Position numbers and translations under genes: made by a program. 20,000 bases of DNA, from assembly GCF_004010195.1 (NCBI RefSeq), contig NC_057754.1:7274819-7294818 (forward strand), given 5' to 3'. A model generated the notes under the pieces. It did no database searches and had not been told where the DNA came from. It worked only from the letters and a program-made list of their open reading frames with translations. Origin of the DNA: Chiloscyllium plagiosum. Its lineage: Eukaryota. Shown in pieces: positions 1-8,315 of the stretch. Each line of letters starts with the position of its first letter. Positions within the stretch are counted from its first letter, which is position 1.

Positions 1-189
1 TTACCCAGAGAGTGGTGGGGGCATGGAATGCGCTGCCCGTGGGAGTGGTGGAGTCGGAATCATTGGCGACCTTTAAGCGGCATTTGGATAGGTACATGGA
101 TGGGTACTTAATCTAGGTTAGAAGTTCGGCACAACATCGTGGGCCGAAGGGCCTGTTCTGTGCTGTATTGTTCTATGTTCTATGTTCTA
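1..189 (+). mobile_element. CR1-type LINE, 3' end (ORF2 C-terminus, 3'UTR, tandem tail)
   Basis: The frame from base 3 reads TQRVVGAWNALPVGVVESESLATFKRHLDRYMDGYLI* (TAG 114-116), typical of the CR1 ORF2 C-terminus. It is followed by the GGGCCGAAGGGCC hairpin and a (GTTCTAT)n tail. Confidence 0.9.
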
Positions 190-401
190 CCTGGATTTGC
201 CTATTTATAACAGGCAGAGTAGCAGAGGACAGTTATAATTGGTCAGGTACTGGCTTTATGTGCAGCTCAGATTATTCTGTCATTAACAGATAGTAATACA
301 GTACGTGCCATGAGTCAGACATGTACTGCAATATTGTCAGTACCTAGACAAGCAAGATGAATAAACTGGCAAATTGCAGTGGAATTGGTTGAAAACTAAC
401 A

Positions 402-690
402 GACTTGAATTTATACATTGCCTTTCACTTCCTGAGGATGCCCCAACACCTTTTAAAGCATACTTCTGATGTCTACTCACTGCTGTAATATAGGAAGTGC
501 AGATTGCACACAAGCTGCTCCCACAAACAGCAATGCGATAATGGCCACATCATCTATTTGTGATGTTGACTGACAGACTGGCCCAGGACACAAGGGAGAA
601 CTTCTCTCATCACCTCCCAATACCATGGTGGAATCATTTATGTCCATCTTGAGGTTTGCAGATTTGGTCTCCGTTTGACAGTATGGACAG
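402..690 (-). mobile_element. SacSINE1/DeuSINE-like SINE (Deu domain plus tail), diverged
   Basis: Motifs CACTGCTGTAATATAGGAAG, CCCACAAACAGCAATGCGATAATG and GGCCCAGGACAC-GGGAGAAC match the reverse complement of the Deu core as I recall it. Confidence 0.75.
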
Positions 691-724
691 ATTTTCTTTT
701 AAATGTTGACACTTCTAAACTTCG

Positions 725-820
725 GAGTACAAGGAGCACAAAGTGAGCATGCAGCTGCACTAAGCAAGGAATGCAAATGCCCCGTTAGCCTTTGGTGTAA
801 TAGAATTAGAGCATGGGGGA
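725..820 (+). mobile_element. CR1 ORF2 fragment, degraded
   Basis: GCAAGGAATGCAAATGCCCCGTTAGCCTTT resembles the CR1 'RKANGMLAFI' coding segment. Confidence 0.45.
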
Positions 821-954
821 GCTAATGATATAGAAGTAATGCTACTGGACTAGCAACTGAGGCAGCCCAGGACACTACTATGGGGAATAAACACTAAGCA
901 CTGGAGCTTTGAATGAGAGTCATACAGGGCTCAAGATATTAACCTGCTCCCCCT

Positions 955-1030
955 CTCTATACTCCACCAGGTCCAACAGGTTTATTTTAAATCACAAGCT
1001 TTCAGAGTGCTGCTCCTTCATCAGGTGAAA
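955..1030 (-). mobile_element. Penelope-derived short repeat with minimal hammerhead ribozyme motif
   Basis: The minus strand reads TCAC-CTGATGA-AGGAGCAGCACTCT-GAAA-GCTT-GTGA, followed by AATAAACCTGTTGGAC. Same family as 5720-5772 and 5866-5942. Confidence 0.75.
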
Positions 1031-1034
1031 TGAC

Positions 1035-1195
1035 TTGTGTGGTGGAGGCAAGTACAATGGAAGTAAGTTCAGTCAAGGCATGAATTATTTCAAGACGATT
1101 ATTTGAAGAGAAACAACTGGAGGAGAATAGAGAGCCAACATGCACACAATGGGCTTAATGGCCTCCTTCCTTGCCCTAATAATTGTGATTGTTTT
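1035..1195 (+). mobile_element. CR1 3' end fragment, degraded
   Basis: GTGGTGGAGGCA...GATTATTTG, then a 3' tail ACAATGGGCTTAATGGCCTCCTTC...ATAATTGTGATTGT. Confidence 0.6.
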
Positions 1196-1229
1196 ATTAT
1201 ACGTAGAACCATTCAAATAAAGGCACACT

Positions 1230-1425
1230 ACTACAGCTGCTGGAGATCTGAAATGAAACAAAGTCTGGCAGCAGGTCTGGCAGCATCTGTGGACAAGGAA
1301 ACAGAGTTAATGCTCTGAATCCAATGACTCTCCTTTACAAGTCATATTTAGACTTGAAACTTTAACTTCCACTCCACATTTGCTCGAAGACCTCCTGAGT
1401 TTGTCCAGCACTTGCAGCTTCTGTA
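1230..1425. mobile_element. Palindromic (tail-to-tail) Penelope-derived element, old copy
   Basis: The left arm CAGCAGGTCTGGCAGCATCTGTGGA...ACAGAGTTAA is mirrored imperfectly by TTAAC...TCCACATTTGCT..AGACCTCCTGAGTTTGTCCAGCA. Related to 13290-13484 and 17372-17570. Confidence 0.65.
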
Positions 1426-1654
1426 TAGCAGCATTGCAGCTGCGATTTTACGTGTAATTAGGGTAAAGTGATTCCTCTTTCGTTTAAGTAAGACCTCTCC
1501 CTTTCTTTTCCAAAGTCCTTAGGGCTGGAACCCTCAAGACACAAAATTTATTAGGATATGCAACTAATGGTTAGGAACTAGCATGTGAGATCAGATAGAT
1601 AGCTCTTTTCTTGGCTGACACAAATAGGCCAAGTGGTTTCCTCCTGTACGATAA

Positions 1655-1950
1655 ATCATAGAATCCCTACAGTTTGGAAACAGACCATTCGGCCCATTGT
1701 GCCCACTTAAACCCACCACTCTATCCCATCCCTAACCCTGCATTTCCCAGGGGCTAATTCACCTAGCTTGTACATCCCTAGGCACAATGGGCAATTTATT
1801 ACTGCCAATCCACCTTATCTGCACATTTTTGGATTGGAGGAGGAAGCTGGAGCGTCCAGAGAAAACCCACACAGACATGGGGAGAATGTGCAAACTCTAC
1901 ACAGACAGTAGCCCAAGGGTGCAATCGAACCCAGATCCCTGGCGCTATGA
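1655..1950 (-). mobile_element. HE1-like (V-SINE) tRNA-derived shark SINE
   Basis: Reverse complement of the HE1 core (GAAAACCCACACAGACATGGGGAGAATGTGCAAACTC...ATCGAACCC B-box region) plus a CR1-like tail CATAGAATCCCTACAG. Confidence 0.85.
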
Positions 1951-3479
1951 GACCATGTTTTATGATTCCCAGACAATCTCTAATGGAACAAAGGCCAATT
2001 CTCCTGCTCATGTCCTGATCTAATTTTGGCAAAAGAAAACGAGTGAATTTGTCATTGATGTAGTTTGTTTGCTAAATTCCTCCTAATAATTTTAAATGGT
2101 AGATTTTCTGGCAAGAAAAACCTGAAAGTTGTACAGCACCTCAGACTATCCAAAACAGCTTTAGTATTATATCTAAAATGCCATAATTGATCTGGCAAAA
2201 GCAGCAACTTTAAATTCTAGCTACTGTTATATCCTCCAGTTTACCAGCAAATCAGTAATCTTCACAGATGTGCTACATGGATGAGTCACCCTGGACTCTC
2301 TCCTTACTCATCGAATTTTCCATTGTTCTCTTTATCACCTTATCCAAACTCACTATTAGCACCTCCTTAGGTACAATCTTATACTATCGAAATCAGCCAC
2401 TGTTAATTACTGTTGACACAACAGTCTGGAAGTCAGAAAGATTTCAAAACTGTTTGCCTTTGCAGAACATTAATTATACGTGCATCTTGGGCAAAACTAC
2501 TAAATTTGCTCAACATATGACCAGTTAGCATTCTGGGCAATCTTCAAGAAAACAGCATGGACATTCGAGACTACATTTCCTTCCTGACTGGTGTCAATGG
2601 TGACCTGCATTTGGGTGGCAGGAAGCTAAACAAAAGAGCTTGGCCATCTTTAGTTTCGAGATACCCCAGAGTAAATTGGTTTTGCAGGCCCAAGCACTGC
2701 CCAAGTTTCAAACTGAAGGAAGCAGATCAATCACCCAGCCCCACAAGTATGTGGCCTTATTGAGTGATCTGTAATGTGGATTTGTTTGTCTGGACCTTAA
2801 CCTTGCCTCCAAGTCCTGGAAGTCTTGATAGTCCAGGCAAATTTCCATAATCTGTTTCACTAGCCTCATGCAAAGTTAAAGGCTGCTCCCTCTCCTGACT
2901 GTGCGGAGCAATGCAATAGAAGGATTTTAAGTGGTTGTCTTATGGAAGGAACAAATTCAGCCTGGGTGTCTTCGACGTGTTTCACAGAGGACAGAGGACG
3001 TAGAGCAAAGACAGGGTACAGCCTTGGCTTGGCACCCGCACCCACAACTAGTCACTCAAATGTCAGATCTGCCAAGACTTCTGCAGCCACGTCTGCGAGC
3101 ATCCATTGCAAAGTACAGGGAAAGGTGATCGGGGTAAATGGAATTATGCATAAACAAGCACAGAATAATGGACGGCCAGAGACCAGGAGGGGAGGGCTGA
3201 GGAAGATATAGCAATGCATCATTAATTTTGTACAGTTGAAATTTTAGCTTTAGATTTTTTGTTTCACGGTAATAATAGAGATAATAAAGAAAGTCTGTTT
3301 GTAACGATGTGTAAACCTCCTACCAATCCCAACATAAAGATAAATGACTAAACTTCAACATGGTCTCTTAGTCCCCATTGGTGGAAATAATGGAAACAAT
3401 GCTTGTGAAATTCTCAAGCCAAAACATTTTTGGTGCTAACATTAAGCTGAAGATAACTCCTCTTATTCCAAAGTGAATT

Positions 3480-3552
3480 TGAGGATCATCAGATCAGCCA
3501 GGATCACACTCAGTAGTGGAGCAGACTCGGCTGTGAAATGGCAAGCCCCTCA
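3480..3552 (+). mobile_element. CR1 3' tail remnant
   Basis: AGATCAGCCAGGATC...GTGGAGCAGACTC...AATGGC resembles the CR1 3'UTR. Confidence 0.5.
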
Positions 3553-3593
3553 TGGTATCATTAACAGTGTAATAAATGCAGATTGCTACTCAC

Positions 3594-3789
3594 AATCGTG
3601 ACCGTGGCGACTCATGATCATTCATAGTCACATCGCCATCATCATCCTCGAACCGCGACCGTGGGTTGGGTCCTCCACTGCCTCGATTCCTAGATTTGTG
3701 ACTTCCCTCGCTGTACATCTTACCCCGGAATGGACCGCGTCCTTTCTTTTTCCGAAATGGAAAACCACCCCCAACTCGGTCGTCATGTT
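3594..3789 (-). CDS. NXF1: Nuclear RNA export factor 1 (TAP), internal coding exon 2 (N-terminal arginine-rich RNA-binding region)
   Basis: Acceptor TTTTATTCCAG (AG at 3791-3790) and donor GTGAGT (3593-3588). The exon is 196 nt, phase 1 in and phase 2 out. It translates to (E)[64 protein letters not shown](F/L), which matches human NXF1 [21 protein letters not shown]...SRLEEDDGDVAMSD...PRVRY with the same exon phases as I recall them. CpG-rich relative to its flanks. Confidence 0.93.
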
Positions 3790-3834
3790 CTGGAATAAAA
3801 CAGGCAAACTTTTAAGTACAAATGCATTACCTGG

Positions 3835-4161
3835 GAGATACGGTGGTTTTGTCATCAGCACTGCTGCCTCAAAGCGCCAGGGACCTGAGTTCACTTTCAC
3901 TCTCAAATAACTATGTGAAGTTTGCACATTCACCAAGTGTCTGCATGGGTTTCTTCCGGGTGCTCCGGTTTCCTCCCACAGTCCAAAGATGTGCAGGTTA
4001 GGTGGATTGGCCATGTTAAGTTGCCCATGGTCTCCAGAGATGTTTAGGCTGGGTTGGTTAGCCATGAGAAATGCAGAGTTACAGGTGGGTCTGGTAGGAT
4101 GTTGTTCAGAAGGTTGGTGTGAACTCGATGGGCCTGCATCCACACTGTCGGGATTTTATGA
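3835..4161 (+). mobile_element. HE1-like (V-SINE) tRNA-derived shark SINE, near full length
   Basis: tRNA-like head AGCACTGCTGCCTCA-AGCGCCAGGGACCTGAGTTCA, V core GGGTTTCTTCCGGGTGCTCCGGTTTCCTCCCACAGTCCAAAGATGTGCAGGTTAGGTGGATTGGCCATG, and a CR1-like tail. Confidence 0.9.
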
Positions 4162-5621
4162 AAAATTATTATTCAAAGGGTGGTCTGGATTGTTTAAGTT
4201 TTCTAATTATGTCACTTTAGCAGCAGCTATTCTGTCTCGTGCCCTTAATAGAATTTCTCCAAAAATGCTCAAAAAACCCTCAAACGTAACTTGAACTGAC
4301 AAAAACAGCTTTCCTGCATGTCCTTAATGGCCTTCAATTCTAAAAATCAAGGAGGACTTAGTTTCTGTGCTCAGAACCACAGAATGGCTATAAAACAGCC
4401 ACTTGGTCCTTTATTTGTGCTAGGTCTGCAAAACAGCAACTTACCTAAAAGCATTCAATAGCTGATCTGAAGCTGGGCAATACACTAGATTTTACAACTG
4501 AAGGCTTCAGAAGAAAATCAGGTAGATTGCTCTGTTAGCAGATTGCCAGAAAATACCTTTTGTTTAGCTATCACAAGAAAGTATGAGGGTGCGTGGCTCA
4601 GATCGTCTAAACAATAGATCGGCTTAGTGTTTACCAGCAAAAAATGTTACTCAACACCGGAAGGTTATTACCAAACTAAAATCCAACCAACAGTCAGAAA
4701 CCCCTCATGACAGGAAGGAGAGGATGCCTAAAATTATGGTGGTAGCATAGAATCAGCAAACGCAATTATATTAGTTTATGTAGCAATAGGTCAACTATAT
4801 AATCAGAAGTAGTACATACAATAACGCAGAACTTTCATTCATCACCAGAAAGGAAGAGAGATGTGTGCAGTCAGCTTTGTGATCCCATTGTTGCAGAAAT
4901 CCCCAGCAGGGGCCAGTATCTCCAAGTAGTTCTAGGGGCATTCCAGCAGTAATTTCAGGTCTGCTTTTAAACTGTGTAAATCCCTATGACAGGGCCAGCA
5001 ACCAACAATACCTGGTTCTGAAGCAGAAGGCTACAACTCAAGAACAAGTCTGGCATTGGAAAGGATTTGTAAAAGAAAAATGTGGATTTAATACAAATAT
5101 TATATAAAAGCAACTAATGGGGACCAGTTTGTCACCAAAGTCTTAACGGGGAAAAAGAGGAGAAACATATATAGAGTTCAATATTTTACCTTTTCGGAAA
5201 TACTAATCAAACACAAACCAATGAAATTATCATCTAATGTCATAAGCCAGTCTATGTGCTTGAACAGTTACAGAGTTGACTGAAGTTAACTTACAACTTT
5301 CAAATGATTTGCATTATCTTTCAAAAGCCATGAATATTCAGATTTAAAGTGACCTCCAATTGATTGCCTTCATGTTCACTACTGAATTCATCCTTTTCAC
5401 ATACACACCAGCAAGGTTACCAGTTAGTCTGATGATCTGTACGTCTTGTTATTTTTAGATGGGAATAAGGGTTAGTTGGAGCCCTCTCCTCTCTAAGCCA
5501 CAAAGTTGGGTTATCAGGACCCACTGCAATCATAACACATGACTTGGGCCATCGTCAGTTTTATTAATTGTGATTGGTGACAAGTTTGGTGTTTCAACGC
5601 ATCTGACCCGAACTGCCTTAC

Positions 5622-5667
5622 CTGAAGTGCCATTTTTGATTCAAGGATTAAACCAAAGTGACATAAG
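5622..5667 (-). other. Candidate 46-nt cassette (poison) exon in NXF1 intron 1
   Basis: A long U/C-rich tract (5720->5670) ends in CTTTTACTGGCAG, and there is a strong donor CAG|GTAAGG at 5622/5621. Entered in phase 1, it has an in-frame TAA at 5650-5648. Confidence 0.5.
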
Positions 5668-5719
5668 CTGCCAGTAAAAGATATCACAATACAACAAGAG
5701 GAGAAACAGGATGAAATAA

Positions 5720-5772
5720 ACAAGTTTATTTGAAAGCTCTAGCTTTCAGAGCGCCGCTCCTTCTTCAGGTGT
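5720..5772 (-). mobile_element. Penelope-derived short repeat fragment with hammerhead motif
   Basis: The minus strand reads CAC-CTGAAGA-AGGAGCGGCGCTCT-GAAA-GCTA-GAG...CAAATAAACTTGTT. Same family as 955-1030. Confidence 0.7.
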
Positions 5773-5865
5773 TTTTAATGTAGGATTTACATGTGATGTC
5801 ACACACAAAGGCAGTACCTGCTGCACATGCAGTTTTGAAATGAGGTTTAGTGGTGGGAAGAAGGG

Positions 5866-5942
5866 GTGCTTCCAAATAAACCTGTTGGACTATAATCTGG
5901 TGTTGTGTGATTTTTAACTTTGTACAACGCAGTCTAACACCA
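5866..5942 (+). mobile_element. Penelope-derived short repeat, 3' part
   Basis: GTGCTTCCAAATAAACCTGTTGGACTATAATCTGGTGTTGTGTGATTTTTAAC, in inverted orientation relative to 5720-5772 and 955-1030. Confidence 0.7.
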
Positions 5943-5967
5943 AAACAGGATGCTGTCTGTCTTTTCA

Positions 5968-6125
5968 GTCAATATTTATCCCTCACACTTTAGCTAGTCT
6001 TTTAACTTATTGCTGCTTGGTGTATACAAATTAGTTGTTCATTTCATTGCATTGCAATAGTGACTACACTACAAAAACATTTCACTAGCTGAGTGCGCTT
6101 TGGTATGAATGGAGGGTATAAAAGG
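5968..6125 (+). mobile_element. SacSINE1/DeuSINE-like fragment
   Basis: CAATATTTATCCCTCA...CATTGCAATAGTGACTACACT...GCGCTTTGG. Inverse orientation of the element at 402-690. Confidence 0.65.
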
Positions 6126-6676
6126 AGTTTAATTCCTAAACCAAAAAAATGGCACATCCAGTAACGCACTAGTACATAAATTTAACACAGCAGACCTGAA
6201 GAATCTATCACCAATCACAATTAATAAAACAGTGACAAGGAGTTCAAAGTGTTTGGATAAAAACAGAAGTGGATGATATAGGAAGGCATTGCAGTCTTAA
6301 CCACACAGAAACAATTTTTCCTGCTTTCATGCTACATGTACTACCCATCTACTTCATGAAGATAACAAAATGGTAAGCCATTCTTATTAGCAACCAATAG
6401 ACCATGTTGGAAGGATACCTGTGGCCATTAGCTAAGGTTAAAATGTTTGTATCGACTCCTCTGCAGTGCAATAACCAGCCATCATTTCTGATCCAGACTT
6501 AGAGAGGGAAGTACAGACAATAGAAAAAAGGGTTGCTAAGTTTAAAGAGCATCACTGCATTGTGACATAGCACTCCCAAAAGAGGTGAAGGCACAAAGCT
6601 GAAGCAAACAAAATTATGGAGTCTCATGACAGTGACCAGATGTTTCGACATTAGAATTTGCTCAATTATATCTTAC

Positions 6677-6743
6677 ATCCAGGTATTTTGAAGAGTTAGC
6701 AACATTTCATTTCTTAAAACTGTAAGCAGCCTCACAAAACAAG
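6677..6743 (-). other. Candidate 67-nt cryptic/cassette exon in NXF1 intron 1
   Basis: Branch point ACTAAC (6780-6775), pyrimidine tract TTCCCTTTTCTTTTC, acceptor CAG, and donor GAT|GTAAGA. Confidence 0.35.
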
Positions 6744-7191
6744 CTGAATTAGTTTGAAAAGAAAAGGGAAGTTTGTTAGTTTCGCAAATGATGTAATTTG
6801 AATTCAAAATCTGAAATGAAAATCTAATAGGAGCCATGCAGCCTTTAATACATATCTGATTCAATGATATTCTTTGGGAAACAAATCTGTCACGCTGATC
6901 CAGCCTGACCACGTGATTCCAGACCCACAGCAATTACTTAACTGCTCTCTGAAATCTCTGGCAAGCCACTCAGTTGTAACTGCTACAAAGTCTAAAGAAA
7001 ATAAATTAAATCAGACAGACAGACCACAAGACCTCGACATAGGCACCATCAACCCAGCAGATGGTGGCAACTTAATGGCATACATTTGGGAAGAGAATTG
7101 TCTGGGAATCCTCAACATTTGAGAACCAAGTCTCACTGCATCAGGTCAAGCATGACCATGGAAATCCATCCCGTTGGCGGAGGAATCAGCA

Positions 7192-7210
7192 CCCCCCCCC
7201 CCCCCGCCCC
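7192..7210. repeat. Poly-C tract C14-G-C4 (G-run in the NXF1 pre-mRNA)
   Basis: Directly visible in the sequence. Confidence 0.9.
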
Positions 7211-8010
7211 GGAAGAAGCACTAAGAGTGGCAAAGATACAGGATATACTCGAGACTAAATCCTGACCTCACAATGAGAATAGCTTCCACTATGCTCTGTG
7301 GCACTATCACTATGCTAAATGAGACAGGCTAATAGATTTAACAAATCATGGTCCACAATGCCTCATGGATACCTAGCCACAACTTGTAACTTTATGGCCA
7401 GTCGGGCATTCTCTCATTCTATTGCATCAAGATGGGAAATCAACTTTGGTTCAATGAAGCATGCAGGAGGGCAGGCAAAGAGCAGAACCAGCATATCTAA
7501 AAGTGCAGCATCAATCTGACGAAGAAACAACATAATGTATTTTCATGACAGAAAGTGAAAGCAGCATGCAATTGACAGCACTTCTACAACTAACAGATCA
7601 AATTTAAGCTCTGCAGTCCTGCCACATCCGAATCATGGATGATGCTTGATAATTAAACAAGTAATAGGAGACAGAGGCCCCACAAATATCTCAATCCCGA
7701 GCAATGGGGAAACCACACTTCAGTATAAAAGACAAGGTTGGAACATTTGCGACTGAAGTGGCAAATGAAAGATTCGTGTCAACTTCCACCTGAAGCCCCT
7801 AGTATCACGGATTCGGGTCTTCAACCAATTCAATTCAGGCCATGTGATATCAAGAAATCGCTCAAAGCATTTGATACTGCAATGGCTGTGGACCCTGAGA
7901 AGATACAGCAATAGAACTAAAGACTTGCGCTCAACAAACAGCTGCACCCCAACCCAGCCATTTCAGTCCAGTGGCATTTACCTAATAAGGGGGAAAATTG
8001 CCCATGTATA

Positions 8011-8315
8011 TTAGATTACTAGATTACTTAGTGTGGAAACAGGCCCTTCGGCCCAACAAGTCCACACCGACCCACCGAAGCGCACCCACCCAGACCCATT
8101 CCCCTACATTTACCCCTGCATCTAACACTACGGACAATTTAGCATGGCTAATTCACCTGACCTGCACATTTTTGGACTGTGGGAGGAAACCGGAGCACCC
8201 GGAGGAAACCCACGCAGACATGGGGAGAATGTCTGTCTGGAGTTTGCACAGTCGCCTGAGGCAGGAATTGAACCCAGGTCTCTGGTGCTGTGAGGCAGCA
8301 GTGCTAACCACTGTG
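8011..8315 (-). mobile_element. HE1-like SINE nested in the old LINE
   Basis: TTTGGACTGTGGGAGGAAACCGGAGCACCCGGAGGAAACCCACGCAGACATGGGGAGAA...TGAGGCAGCAGTGCTAACCACTG. The host LINE sequence resumes on both sides. Confidence 0.92.

Larger units (their letters stand above)
5558..6230. repeat. Perfect 23-bp inverted repeat (arms 5558-5580 and 6208-6230, 627-nt spacer)
   Basis: GTTTTATTAATTGTGATTGGTGA is the exact reverse complement of TCACCAATCACAATTAATAAAAC. Pairing extends on both sides with G-U pairs and a small bulge. Confidence 0.95.

Noticed and set aside
2930..2975. AAGACA motifs on the minus strand as an NXF1-binding CTE
   Set aside because: The context lacks the CCUAAGACAGG and GACGGGUAA partner strands, and the known NXF1 CTE is in intron 10, outside this window.
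1..3593. NXF1 exon 3 (NPY...WFKIT)
   Set aside because: I found no matching minus-strand coding segment by eye. It probably lies left of the window.
3628..4143. 171-aa minus-strand ORF, the longest in the track
   Set aside because: It is a chimera of antisense HE1 SINE, intron and the wrong frame of NXF1 exon 2.
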